64,000 nt of DNA from Eledone cirrhosa (Eukaryota). The translations under genes were made by a program, and so were the position numbers. Positions 1-13,092 of the stretch are shown here, piece by piece. How positions within the stretch are numbered: position 1 is the first letter of the stretch; every line of letters begins with the position of its first letter. The stretch lies in NCBI GenBank assembly GCA_964016885.1, contig OZ024740.1:146506001-146570000 (forward strand), read 5' to 3'. The notes beneath the pieces are model-generated. The model searched no databases and had not been told where the DNA came from. It was given only the letters and a program-made list of their open reading frames with translations.

Positions 1-345
1 ATGGGAGCATATTACTGTGACTAAGCTCTACCACCTTACAGGGTGGACAGGGTGCTTTTCTGTGAATCAGTCAAGGTACATCCTAAGTTTCCATATTGTA
101 TAGGCTGGATGAAGGCGTGGAGGCAGGGAAATCAAGAGTATACTTGCAGGTGGTAAAGAGAAGAGAACTTAAATGTTGTACCACCTCTATGCTTCTTTGC
201 AATTTGTGTAGAGGGAGGGGTGGGGTGGGGTGGGGTGAGAGCATGTTGACGTCCAGGGGGCTAGCCTCCTTATGTTCATTTCATTCTGTTTGCACGGGGA
301 AGTGAGTCTCCAGTAGTACAGCATGTCACCAGTTAACTGTATATA

Positions 346-530
346 CAGTGAAATTCAATTATAATAAAATTCACAGTGCATAAAAAATTTCGTTGTAACG
401 AAACTTTTTATAACAAGATCAACAGAAACAAATCGAGCGTTTGTTTGTTATTACCTTAGTTATTGAAAAATAAATTCGTTGTACTGAAAAATTCGTTATC
501 ATGGTATTCGTTATAAAGGAATTTTACCTG
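346..530. mobile_element. Tc1/mariner-superfamily (pogo/Tigger-like) MITE
   Basis: TA|CAGTGAAATTCAATTATAA ... TTATAAAGGAATTTTACCTG|TA: imperfect TIRs, TA on both sides, internal TTCGTT(G/A)TA repeats. Confidence 0.5.
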
Positions 531-2538
531 TATCTTCAAATGTGAAAGAGTTCCAAAAGAGACGAAAAAGTAAGAAATATATCCACTGACCACTTATAAA
601 TCATCCAACCATCTCAAGCAGGTGACAAAAAGGCAGTACTTGAATTTGAGCAACGCATAGCAACCAGCCCTGACAGTAAGGTGTTCTGGAAGTATGTTCA
701 CTCAAAGCAGAGGCTTCACTCTCCAGTTGGTCCTCTTCGCAATCCCCACACAAGCCAGGTTACTGACGACCCCAAGGAATGCGCAGAACTCATTGCTGAA
801 TGCTATGCAGGCATTTTCATCGTTGAAGACCAGAGTGTACCATCTCCACCACCTCTGACATCGGATTCTATTACAACTATGGAATTTACACCTACAATGC
901 TGCGACGTAATCTTAAAAATAAACGCAACCATGCCTCTCCTGGTCTTGATGGTGTAACGTACCTGCTTCTCAAAGGTGGTGGGTACTTCCTCTTGCACCA
1001 GCTATCACGCTTCTTCCAATTCTGTTTGAACAACGGTGCTACTCCAGAACAGTGGAAAACTGTCAGTGTCATTCCTCTCTTCAAAAAGGGTGACTGCACA
1101 TCCTCTGTGAACTATCATTCAGTCAGTCTTACTAGCTGCACTGCCAAACTGATGGAATCCTGTGTCAGAGAAACACTTTAGAACTCTCACAGTCTTATCT
1201 GGCCCTCGCAATTTGGATTTATCCCTAACTCCAGCTGCTGTGATCAACTTATCGAGTTTCTTGAAGACATCACCCGGATCACTGATGGCGGCTCATGGGT
1301 GGATGTTGTTTTCCTTGACTTTGCTAAAGCTTTCAATTCTGTGCCACACAAAAGACTTATGGCAAAACTCTTTGCAATGGGTGTGAAGGATGATCTTTTT
1401 AACTGGTTGAAGTCTCTCATTCTCAGTCGAAGAGAGGTAGTCACGGTTCTAGGACACCATTCCTCACCGTATGAGATGCCATCTGGTTAATCACAGGGAT
1501 CTGTTCTTGGCCCCCTTTTGTTTGTGGCATATATTAATGACATAGATGCCAACTTAAAGAATGCCACAGTACTGAAATATGCAGATGACATCAAGCTGTA
1601 CCTTGAGATAAAAAGGACAGATCCTGAACACTATAGATCTTGCCTGCAATCTGACCTGGACACAATGCAACAATGGATCACAAACTGGCAACTCAAGGTA
1701 GCTGTGGACAAGTGTACCACCATGCATTTTGGGAATAAAAACCCAGCGTCCACATACTCCCCCCACAACACTAATATCAAGAAGTTTTCTTGTGAACGTG
1801 ACTTGTCAGCAGCGATTTGCGTTGGACGAAGCACGTCTCTAAAATTGTCAAGAAGACCGAGGTGTCTTAGCATCACTCAGCAAGACCTTTGTCAGCCGCT
1901 CTCCAGCTATCTATTTAATGCTGTATATAGCTATGGTGCAGCTACACTTAGAATTTTCCTCACCAGTCTGGAACCCCTATCTTGCCTAGAACATTGACCG
2001 CCTGGAAACTGTTCAGAGACGTGCAACCAAGCGAATACCCTCTACCAGGCATCTACCATACTCTGAACGCCTTGCTTCCCTGGGCATGGATACATTGAAG
2101 CTCCGACGTCTGGCAACTGATTTAATAAACACCCACAAAATTATTAACCATCTTGCCAACAACAACACTGAGTACCTTTTTGATTTCCATGTGTCTAACA
2201 CACGTGGGCATGCCGACAAAGTCAGAAAACAGCACAGCTCCCATGACTTTCGGAAACATTTTTTCACGCTCAGAGTTGCTGAAGCATGGAACAAACTACC
2301 TGCATCAGTTATTAGCTGTCGGGACACTGCATCCTTTAAAACTTCCATGCTTCCTGAGATCCGCAAACACTACACCTAATATTCCCCCTCCATACACACG
2401 CACACATGTATATCATGATTCATACACTATTCACTTCCCTGACATTTGTATATTATTCTATGTACTATACATGCACTTTTGACGAGTTGTAGTGCACCTG
2501 AGCACTGTTCACAATAATTTCATTATTATTATTATTAT
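531..2538 (+). mobile_element. 5'-truncated CR1-clade LINE, degenerate RT
   Basis: Frameshifted ORFs with SPGLDG, IPLFKKG..NY.SVSLTS, DVVFLDFAKAFNSVPH, LKYADDIK, RKHFFTLRVAEAWNKLP; ends in (ATT)n tail at about 2522-2538. Confidence 0.92.
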
Positions 2539-3136
2539 CTCCTACACTTCCACATGACCTTTCTCTTCAAACATTTTTTTTCTTCTGCTTTACTATATGC
2601 TGGGCTTCCAATAGTTAGCTCCCTTTAATTTTCCAAGCGTATATTTATATATCTCCCTATACACCTAGCAAATTACCTCCCTTGCATTTACTCACGCCTT
2701 CTATGTATTAGTGTATTAATGGTTCACCAGTTTATTATAGATCATATATATAAATATATATATATATCACTGTAAAGTTGTTGTGTAGGTGACATGACAA
2801 ACAACACCCTGCCCACACTGTAAAGTGGTCATGTAGGTTTCACGACAAAAACCAAGTCAAAATCAGTTCTGTATAAGCAAGATATGGTCATCTGACCTGG
2901 CTTGTCTCACAACAGGGCAACAACATGGATGATGATGATGATATATATATATATATTATAAAGCATTAGGAACTTATGGCTGAGCTCTTGCTGTTTCAGG
3001 AACTAACTGTTGAAATGGCAAGAGAGCGGTTGTCAGGTACCGACTCTTTATAATGCAGCCATATTCTACTATCCCAAATATCGAGTACTCTGTTGAATAA
3101 TAGTCTAACTAGTTTTAAACCGGTTCTTTCCTGATT

Positions 3137-3140
<4 letters not shown>

Positions 3141-3210
<70 letters not shown>
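3141..3210. repeat. (TA)n microsatellite
   Basis: Pure TA run; one of many such tracts in the window. Confidence 0.95.
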
Positions 3211-3216
<6 letters not shown>

Positions 3217-4067
3217 AGGTAAACAGAAATAACAAAAATAACAAAACAAACGGCACAGTACATGGAAGGAATATTTTATTTTAATGCTTCACATTCACAT
3301 AGCAGGAGGAGATTCTTAACTTTTCGGACGCTGGTTATTAGAAGAAAGAATGAGAAATAGATATTCTGTGTACTTCGTTTGTATTTTTATTTAAAAAAAA
3401 TAATTTTTTAAGGTTTCCACTTTTTCATTTGTTGTCTTGTCCCCTCTTTGATATTTTTCTTGAGTTTATCAATACTAATGTGACAAACGTGTTATCCCTT
3501 CTTCCTCCATTTATTCCAATGGCTTACATAATTTTTAACATGATATCTTACTTTCTTCTTTTTGCTTTTTATCTTCCTTTCCTTTTTCTTTGTTTCATCC
3601 ACGATTCTTATGCTATAAGAGGCATCACACTTTTTCCCTGATGTCACTTAAAATTCTATGTGTATTATTTGTAGCTTAATTGCTATAAATTAATGTTTTG
3701 TCTCTCATCCCTTATGCCACTAGACAGCGTGTGGCTTGTGTGACCCCAGGTGGGCCAGCAGAAGCATTGGTAGGGGTTGAAACTGCCAAAGTTCACCTCA
3801 ATGGTCGATGATCCTGGAGTTCTGTGTCCTTCGTTTGTATTTTTATTTTTTAAAAATAATTCTGTAAGGTTTTCCTTTAAAAAATTATTTTTCGTTCGTT
3901 GTCTTGTCCTCTCATTATTTTTCTTAAGTTTATATCATCATCAACATCATCAACATCATCATCATCATCATCATCATCATTTTATGTCTTCTTTTCCCTG
4001 CTTGCAAGGGTGGGACGGTTCTTCTTCAGCACAGCATCTCTCCACTCGTTATGGTCCTTTGTCATTT

Positions 4068-4117
<50 letters not shown>

Positions 4118-4118
<1 letters not shown>

Positions 4119-4544
4119 CATCATCATCATCATCATCATCACCGTTTTACGCCCGTTCTTCCACACTAGCATGGGTTAGACGGGTTGTCCTGTTGTGGGC
4201 AGTATCCAGTTGGCTGACTTTGTCTTGCTCATACGGGAACTGATTCTGGCTTGATTTCTACAGCTGGATGCCCTTCGTAACACCAACCTCATTTACAGTG
4301 AGTGGCGGGTGCTTTTTTTTTCCGTGGCACCTACACGTCCACTTTACAGTGTGGGCTGGGTGCTTTTTTGCCGAGGCACCTCTATGACCACTTTGCAGTG
4401 GAATGATAGGGACTCCAATCCTATCATCTCATTTCTACAGCTGAGTAAACTGGAGCAATGTGAAATAAAGTGTCTTGCTCAAGGAAACAACACATTACCC
4501 AGTCCGAGAATTGAACTCACAACCTTTCGATTACAAGCCCAATG

Positions 4545-4545
<1 letters not shown>
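4118..4545 (-). mobile_element. tRNA-head/CORE-type SINE with RTE-derived 3' tail
   Basis: Minus strand gives tRNA-like head (GTGAGTTCAATTCTC), CCTTGAGCAAGACACTTTATTTCACATTGCTCCAG core, RTE 3'UTR and (GAT)n tail; same layout as 18695-19001. Confidence 0.7.
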
Positions 4546-4620
<75 letters not shown>

Positions 4621-4699
4621 TAGTTAAATATTAGACGAACAAAAAACAGAGAGGCAGTACAAATGGTAGTTTCTTAGGTTCACACTTTTGAGAGAGTGG

Positions 4700-4734
<35 letters not shown>

Positions 4735-4739
<5 letters not shown>

Positions 4740-5223
4740 GGATGTACGTTAACTATATTATCTTACAATTTCTTTTTCAACATATATTATATACGTATTT
4801 GTGGTCACACATACACTGATATGCTTTCCCTCATATATGTACTTACGCACACATTTTTTCACTATACACATGCATTTGTACATTTGTGAGTGAATATACA
4901 CACATTTATACACATACCCTAACTATATTTCCTTATTATATTTTTATATATCTTTTGCATTACTTTTATTTATATATTATTTTGCCTGTTAAACTTTTGC
5001 CTTTCTTGAGGAGATTTTTCAAATATTTCACTATGTTTTAAATTGTCTTGTCCGACGAACGAATGAGGACGTTTCTTGTATTCGTCTTATTCGGGAAACC
5101 TCTGGTAATGAGATAATTATATTGTATTGTTTATTATACATTAAATTTAGCTTTGGTACTTACATAAAGCACTCTTCACTCCTATGACTTTTTCAATTTT
5201 CAACGGAAACTTCAATACTTATA
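4735..5223 (+). repeat. 5' pseudo-LTR
   Basis: Near-identical direct copy of 8428-8929. Confidence 0.9.
5041..5118 (+). ncRNA. Type I hammerhead ribozyme-like motif (variant core CCGACGA)
   Basis: Stem I AATTGTCTTGT/ATGAGATAATT; core CCGACGA; stem II CGAATGAGGACG/CGTCTTATTCG; GAAA; stem III ACC-TCT-GGT; GUA site at 5107. Confidence 0.72.
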
Positions 5224-5337
5224 CAGCTTCCAAGGGAATGATCGTAGCATATTCTACATTTTTATGAGATTGGCACCTTCCAGCCCTTTTAAAGTCGAGC
5301 ACTCTTCAGTCAAAAGGATTTTTAACCAATACTGAAC

Positions 5338-7484
5338 ATGGATAGACATCATTTGGATTACTCCATCAAGAATATCCCAACACCTTCTAACACTTCCTAC
5401 ACTAAAATGTTGATAGACAAAGTAGAGAAAGTTGTTAAAAGAATGAGATGGAAAGCTTTGATTTTCGATGGACACTTTAACACGGACTCTACAGAATATT
5501 TTGATATCAAGTCTCATAAATACCCGCAAAGAGTAAAAGATATGACCGCTTTTGAATTAGACTTAGTTAATTTAATCAACCAAATCAAATTCCGTAAGTA
5601 CTCTAACCCTTTTCAATCTAAACTATCTAACGATATATCAATATTCAAATCTTCTAAAAATAAGTTCATTTTCTCTGACAAAACTAAAAACTTATACGAA
5701 GTTAATAATAACTTACATGACCAACTCTTAACAGATAACATCACCTCTAAATACCAAATAGCTAATATAAACACCTATAATACTATAAATAAGGAAGCTA
5801 AAGAATTAGCTAGTTTTTTAAAAATAGACAATAGAACAGAAAAACTTGCTAAACGTAATGCCTATATCACCTTCAAAGATCACAAACCTGATTTTATTAA
5901 TCGTTCTAGTTGTAGATTAATCAACCCTGCTAAGACTGAAATCGGTCTTGCTTGCAAAAAAAAAAAAAAAAATTAAATAATATAAACAAACATATTAGAA
6001 GTAAGTCTGAATTACTCCAATGGATAAATAGCTCTTCCGTAGTACATTGGTTTAATAATATTAAAGATAAAAAATAGTTCTAGATTCACCCAATTTGACA
6101 TTGTAGACTTCTACCCGTCTATTACTCACCCTCCTTTAACGAAAGCCTTAAATTTCGCTAGAAAGTTTATCAATATTTCTGATATTGAAGAGAATGTCAT
6201 TTTGCATGCTAGAAACACTTTACTATTTACTAATAATGACACTTGGGTAAAAATATCTAACCCAGAGAACCCATTCGATGTCTCAATGGGTTCTTTTGAC
6301 AGTGCTGACGTGTGTGATTTAGTCGGCCTATTCCTCTCACACACACTTAAAGAGAAATTCCCTAACCATACCTTTGGGCTTTATCGCGACGATGGTCTAA
6401 TACTTTCCCATACCACTATAGGCCATAACTTAGATAGATTAAGGAAAGACTTAATAAAAACCTTCGCTAGTTTTAATCTTAAAATTACCATTGACACTAA
6501 CCTTTTCAATGTTAATTTTCTAGATATAAACCTAGATATGCCTACTGCTTCTTATAAACCGTACCATAAACCTAATGAAAATTTAAAATATATAAATAAA
6601 GGCTCTTGCCATCCTCCTATAGTTTTTAAAAATCTTATCCCTAATATTAGCCGTAGGATCTCCACCCTCTCTTCCTCAGAAGCTATTTTCAATAAGGCAT
6701 CCCCCTACTATAATAAAGCCCTTCAAAATAGCGGATTTAGCGAACCGATTAAGTACATACCCAACAATACTAACTCCTTTAAACATAATAATAGGAAAAG
6801 AAAAATAATCTGGTTCACACCCTCCTACTCTTTAGCAGTTAAAACTAATGTAGGCAAAATATTCCTAGAGCTCTTAGATAAACATTTCCCTAGAACACAT
6901 AGATACTATAAGATCTTCAATAGAAACTGTCAAAATCAGCTACTCCTGCGGTCCCCCTATTAAATCTTATATCCTCAATAAGAAAATACCCAGAGAACAT
7001 CAAAATTGCTCCTGTATAGTCAAAAGTGAATGCCCATTACAAGGTAATTGCAACACCAAAGCCATTGTATATGTGGCTAAAGTGACAACCACCAGCAACA
7101 ACCTACCAGCCACCAGCGAACGATATGTGGGTATGACACAAGACAAATGCAAAACGCGTTATTACTCACATGTCGCATCTTTCCGACATCCTGAAAAAAA
7201 GATTTACAACAGCTCTGGCTAGCAGAATATGGGATTTGAAAGACCAAGGTATCCAATATAAATTAGATTGGTCAATTTTAAACCAATCTAAAGAATATGC
7301 AAGAGGAACAAGAAGATGCGCACTCTGCATAAGTGAAAAATATTGGATTTTACAGAACCTTAAATCACCAAAAACCTGCCTAAATGCAAAAACAGAAATT
7401 TTCACCAGTTGCCCACACATGAAATCACATTTGCTTTCCAGCTCATATAAACTTAACTCACTTTCAGATACTTATCCTCCATAA
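5338..7484 (+). pseudogene. Penelope-like RT/GIY-YIG ORF, disrupted
   Basis: Frameshift at the poly-A run near 5956-5972, in-frame TAG near 6075, further frameshifts near 6925 and 7200. Confidence 0.88.
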
Positions 7485-7794
7485 ACTCTTGTTCTTCACT
7501 TTCCTTAAATTACTCTCTTTACACACTTCTCTTTCTGATTTACTTTTATTTTTATTTTTAACTTTATTTTTACTTCACATCCACCAGTGACCCTCCCCCT
7601 TGCTTTTTGATTCAATTACTTTATATCTTCACAATTTTACATATTTTACTTCCCCATTTTCTTTCACTACCTCATAATACATGTCACTTGCGTTTTCAAC
7701 TCCAGATATATTCTGTTGTCTCTCAGCCGCTTTTATGTATGTTTACTTGCGTATAATTTGTACTCATTTATTCATACGGCTAGTTTTTATATTG

Positions 7795-8160
7795 TATCTA
7801 TGCGTGTGAGCGTGCATGTGTGTGTATGCGCGTTTGTATATGTATACGAATGCATTCGTATGTGCGCGTGTGTGTGTATATGTGTGTGTGTATGTGTGTT
7901 TTTATATCTATGTTTTTTACATACTTATATATATGTGTGTGTGTATATGTATATATATATATATATATGTATGTGTATGTATATGTGTATATATATATAT
8001 ATATATAGTCGCGTGCGTGCGTGTGATTAGATGTACATGTACGTATATATATATATGTGTGTTTCGTGTGTATGCGCGCCTTTGTATGTATGTACACATG
8101 TATGTGCTTTTGTCTGTACGTATTTATATATATATTTTTATATATATATGTGTATGTATG
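7795..8160. repeat. Degenerate (TG)n/(TA)n low-complexity tract in the Penelope 3' UTR
   Basis: Alternating purine-pyrimidine runs. Confidence 0.85.
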
Positions 8161-8427
8161 AACCTATGTTTTCTATTTTTTCTAGTGTTACTTTATAATT
8201 GATAACCCCTTCCTCTTACTTTCTCTTTGATTTAATTTTTTTTATTCTCATATATTTTTTCATTTTTTCATTTTTATATATGCATCGATCTTCAGCCTGA
8301 CACTGCTTTGACTGATACACCCCCTTCCCTGTATATATCACTCGCATGTATGTGGTTGCGCATGTGTGTGTGTTTATACGCCTGCTTTCATACTTGTATG
8401 TGTATATATTTCAATCCTTAGTACCTG

Positions 8428-8925
8428 AGTCTGGATGTACGTTAACTCTATTATCTTACAATTTCTTTTTCAACATATATTATATACGTATTTGTGGTCA
8501 CACATACACTGATATGCTTGCCCTCATATATGTACTTACGCACACATTTTTTCACTATAGACATGCATTTGTACATACACACATATGTATATTTGTGAGT
8601 GAATATACACACATTTATACACATACCCTAACTATATTTCCTTATTTTATTTTTATATATCTCTTGCATTACTTTTATTTATATATTTTTTTGCCCGTTA
8701 AACTTTTGCCTTTCTTGAGATTTTTCAAATATTTCACTATGTTTTAAATTGCCTTGTCCGACGAACGAATGAGGACGTTTCTTGTATTCGTCTTATTCGG
8801 GAAACCTCTGGTAATGAGGTAATTATATTGTATTGTTTATTATACATTAAATTTAGCTCTGGTACTTACATAGAGCACTCTTCACTCCTATGACTTTTTC
8901 AATTTTCAACAGAAACTTCAATACC

Positions 8926-8929
<4 letters not shown>
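8428..8929 (+). repeat. 3' pseudo-LTR
   Basis: Near-identical direct copy of 4735-5223, followed by (TA)n. Confidence 0.9.
8747..8824 (+). ncRNA. Type I hammerhead ribozyme-like motif, second pLTR copy
   Basis: Same fold; stem I AATTGCCTTGT/ATGAGGTAATT has a compensatory T-A to C-G change; GUA site at 8813. Confidence 0.72.
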
Positions 8930-8971
<42 letters not shown>

Positions 8972-8975
<4 letters not shown>

Positions 8976-9470
8976 TAAACCCTTGTACCTGGCATTCGTG
9001 GATCTAGAAAAGGCCTTTGGTGGCGTTCCCTGCTCTGTTATCTGTTGTGTGCTAAGTGTGTGGATTAGTATCTTCTGTGAGCACTGTGCTGCCTATATGT
9101 GGAGGTGCAATCAGCAGTGTAAGAATTGGTAGTGGGCATGATGATGAATTTGACGTCCTCTTGTATACCTTATCATTTTCCTTTAGGCCATAACAGAAGT
9201 TTAGGAAGCTAATAGCTCTCATGACAACTAGAGGGGTGGGTAGGCTGTATGAGCCTGTATATAGGTTGCAGTGCTGTATGGCAGTGAGACAGGGACCTTG
9301 ATTGCTGAGGACCAGCAATGGTTGGAGGGAGTGGATGTATGTTGTTGGTATGCATGAGCAATGTATAGGAGAAATCCAATGTAGTGTGTAAGATGGAGAT
9401 CTGCAAAGGTATGGACATGTGATGTGAGTGAAAGATGACAGCTGTATAAGTGGTGCAGGAGGAGTTGTCA
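8972..9470 (+). mobile_element. Highly deleted RTE LINE fragment
   Basis: KPLYLAFVDLEKAF and later blocks match the other RTE copies. Confidence 0.75.
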
Positions 9471-10324
9471 TTTATTATCCTTTCCCCTCCCTCACCATCC
9501 CTTTGAACCTCAATTCAACTATCATACACATATGAAATTATACTTGTCATATATAACATTATACTGTTAACCTCCATTGACCTATTGCCACATAACCATG
9601 ACATCATATCCCTTCCGGTAGGGTAGACAAGGCACTTTAATAAAGCCAATGACTAATAAGCTTCCTTGTACTAGTGCCACTATAAAAACGTAAACAGTAG
9701 TCTTTGAAGTGTTAAGAAGAGTCTCCAGCCATATAATCCAAGCCAAAAAGGGCTCAGAGGATCCTTCAGTTATGATATGACAACCTCACTGTTTAAGGTC
9801 TATTTTCCATGCTTGCATAGGTTAGATGGCAGTCACATTCTGACCAGTGATGTGATTAGGTCCTGCTTGCATGTTTTTTGTAAGATTGTTTTCTATGGCT
9901 GGATCCCCTTCCTAATACTAACCACTTTACATTGTGTACTGGGAGCATGGTTTATACAGCTGGATGCTCTCCCTTTTAGCCAATTTGACCAATATTCCCA
10001 CTCAAAGTGAGATTTGGGCTTAAATTTAATATATTTTAATACTTCTCTGAGTGGATTATTAGTTTATTGAGCAAGACAATTTATTTCACTTTGCTCCAGT
10101 TCACAATTGTAGAAATAAGTTGCGACGTCACTGTATTAGCGCTTGCTTTTCCCTTGGACAACATCAGTGGTGTGGTGAGGGGAGACTGGTAGGTATGGGT
10201 GACTGCTGCTCTTCTACAAAAATACTTTGCTTGGACATGTGCTTCGGAAGAGAAACTTTCTAGTTGCAAAATCCCATGGTCATTCTGGACTGAAGGGGTT
10301 GTTATATATATGCATTATATATAT

Positions 10325-12362
10325 ATCATCATCATCACTGTTTAACGTCCATTTTCCATCCTACCATGGGTTAGATGAGCTGTTCTGTTGTGTGACAAGG
10401 CAAGTCAGATGACCATGTCTTGCCCATACAGAACTGATTTTGGTTTGGTTTCTACGGCTGGATGCCCTTCCTAATGCCAACCACATTTACAGTGTGTACT
10501 GGGTGCTTTTTGTCGTAACACCTACATGACTACTTTACAGTCTTTTGTTGTGGCTCCAAAACGACCACTTTATCGTGTGGGCTAGGTCTTGCGTGGAGGA
10601 GGTGCATGGGGATTGGGGAAGTAGGTCTAGGGGCATGGGTGAGGGGTGGGGTATTATGACATGAGTGGAGAGTTAAGATGTAGGTGGTGGTGTTATGATG
10701 TGAGAAGTAGGTATATGGAAGCGGTAATGTAGGGGAAGATGGTGCATACTAAATGTATGACTCAACCCGGGCAGATGGGAAAGTGGGTCCTCTGTATTAC
10801 TGCATAATGCCAGAGATCACAGTCCTGTGTGATCGCCTATGAGAGGTGCAATTGTGTAAGGTTAGCTTTTATCACCTCATCCCAAGTTCTCCTATTCCAT
10901 AGCTTCGTTTTATACAGCTGTCAGCCTTCATATGCATCTCCTCTCCTGCAAACTGCATCTGATCCCTCTTATGCCCAGTTTCTCTCTCAGTTCATTTATG
11001 CCTTGCCATTCATGTATATTATTATTACACATCCATCAAAATATGGAAGCTTCATTTTCCCTCATCTTTGCAGGTCCTCTGCACACACCGCCCAGGTTTC
11101 ACTACCATGCAACATATGCTGTATACACGCATATTACAATCTGCCCTTCATTTTGATGGAAAAACCCTTTGTAGTTAGCTGCGGTAGTAGCTCCTGAACT
11201 TTCTTGAAACTGTTCTCATTCTGGCTACTGTGCTTTTGGAACACCCTTCTCCACTGCTAATTTGGTCACCCAGGTAACAGAAACTATCTACTACTTCTAC
11301 AGAGCCCTCTGGGCATTTGAAGGAGTTAGTATCCTGTGAGCTCTCGCTACTTACTGCATCTGTGCATCAGCAACATGTAAAATCTACATTCTTTGCTAGC
11401 CTGCCTCAGATCCCACTACATCTCTTGTGAACCCATAATTTGCATTCGGGACATAGGATAGAATTTCTACCTACTCCTTTTCTGCATAGAGAGCAAGGCC
11501 ATTTCCCCGAGGGGATCAGGATTGTTTTCCCTTGTTCTTACTAGGACCTTAGTCTTTGTCAGGTTGATTTTAAGACTTTTTGATTCTAGGCCATGCTTCC
11601 ATGTTTGAAATTTTTTCTGTTATTCTGCCATAGATTCAACTATGTTAGATCATCAACATATAGAAGTTTCCATGGGCCGTCAGTCTTAAACTCTTGTTAT
11701 AGCCTGCAGGAGAGGGCTAAGAACTGAGCTTTGATGGACACCAACTTGCATGCTAAATTTTTCGTTATAGTCATTGTTAATTCTGACCTTGCTGATTATT
11801 CCTCTATACATGGCTTGTACTGCCCTCACAAGCCATTCGTCTACTTGTAGTTTTCTAAGAACTCCACCAGATAATGCAACGGGGGATTCAGTCAAAAGCT
11901 TTTTCCAGGTCAACAAATGCCAAGTAGAGGGGTTCATCTCTTGCAGTTGCCTCACAAAGAAAAGGGCATCTGTGGTACTTTTACCAGGAACAAATCCAAA
12001 CTGCATCTCATCTAGGTTAACTTGATCCCTAATCAGCTGTGCTATAACTCTTTCTGTAACCCTCATAACCTGGTCAACCAACTTAATACCTCTGTAGTTT
12101 TCTGTCTAGAGCAGGCATGTCAAACATGCGGCCCTTTACAAGCACACCTGCGGCCCGTACAAAGGTATTTACTGCGCGAGCATGTTTTATCTTCGTAATA
12201 TAAAATAAAAAGAATTAGTTGTAATGTGCGCAATTAGTTGTCATGTGTGGTCCTCAGACAACACATATGTGACCCATGTGGCCCTTGGGGGACCCTCAGT
12301 TTGACATACCTCGTCTAGAGCATATCCTTTGCTCTTGCACCAATTGTCGATGATGCTGCTGC
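10325..12362 (-). mobile_element. 5'-truncated RTE LINE interrupted by a hAT MITE
   Basis: (CAT)n tail at about 10325; DQVMRVTERVIAQLIR..QFGFVPGKSTTDA; RT sequence resumes at 12321-12360 beyond the MITE. Confidence 0.9.
12112..12312. mobile_element. hAT (Charlie-like) MITE
   Basis: TIRs CAGGCATGTCAAAC / GTTTGACATACCTC; perfect 8-bp TSD GTCTAGAG at 12104-12111 and 12313-12320; TGCGGCCC subterminal repeats. Confidence 0.9.
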
Positions 12363-12369
12363 GGCATAT

Positions 12370-12510
12370 AGTTATGTCCCTTTACATCGTGAGTAAAGTT
12401 AGCTTTCCTTTTCATCCTTAAAAATAAAATACCAGTAACTCCATGAGGTCGATGTAATCGACCCCCCCCCCCCCCTAAATAGTTGGCCTTGTGTCTAAAT
12501 AAGTTTGTGA
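12370..12510 (+). mobile_element. Nin/Deu-domain-type SINE fragment
   Basis: TTTCATCCTT..AAAATAAAATACCAGTA..GGCCTTGTGTCTAAAT matches the family at 41266-41646. Confidence 0.55.
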
Positions 12511-12874
12511 ACATAAAATAGTAAATTACTATATATATATATATACACACACACACACGAATATATATATATATATATACACACGAATATATATATAACA
12601 TATACACACACACATGAATATATATATAATTATAAATAATTTTAAATGAAATTTTTATAGACATATATGCATTTAATGACTAATGATTTAGGTATACACA
12701 TACTTGTATCGAAAGAGAATATGTACGATGTATCGTCGATTTGTGATAATCTGCATACGAAAATTCGCCTCCTAGATATTATTTTATATTGAAAAGAATT
12801 GTAATATATGTAATTATTGTTATTTTCGTTTAATTTTTTCTCGTTTGCAATTAATGTTCAATGATTTCATTGAT

Positions 12875-13092
12875 TCATATCGCCAAATGTGTTATCAGGA
12901 AGGCAGACTTCCCTAATTATCGCCATTGTTTTGACTGAGGGCGTCAAAAAGCAAATAAAATGCTTTAAAATAATATCAAAGACACATTTCTCCTAACAAC
13001 AGTACTTTGCTTTATTTTGAAGAGAGGAAGCAACACTAAATACCAAACTATATTTTTACTTGAAGCTTGATATTTGCGAATGATCTTTTAAG
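12875..13092 (+). promoter_or_regulatory. Candidate promoter and non-coding first exon of the BTB-ZF gene
   Basis: Repeat-poor, CpG-containing stretch; twin TATCGCCA motifs including YY1-like CGCCATTGTT at 12921; strong donor AAG|GTGAGT at 13092/13093. Link to the gene is inferred. Confidence 0.4.

Larger units (their letters stand above)
4735..8929 (+). mobile_element. Penelope-like retroelement (RT + GIY-YIG) flanked by direct pseudo-LTRs
   Basis: ORF pieces 5338-7484 with FSDKTKNLY, CRLINPAK, QFDIVDFYPSI, MGSFDSADVCDLVG, GLYRDDG, CSC..CPLQGNC..IVY..YVG; direct repeats 4735-5223 and 8428-8929. Confidence 0.93.

Noticed and set aside
2980-3050. Possible minus-strand hammerhead relics (also near 52040-52130, GAAACAGC motif)
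   Set aside because: Could not assemble a core plus stems I-III by eye; too degenerate to call
7716-8202. ORFs rich in YI/CV/HT dipeptides (also near 2996, 3777, 18294, 32627, 39346, 48417)
   Set aside because: Translations of microsatellites, not genes
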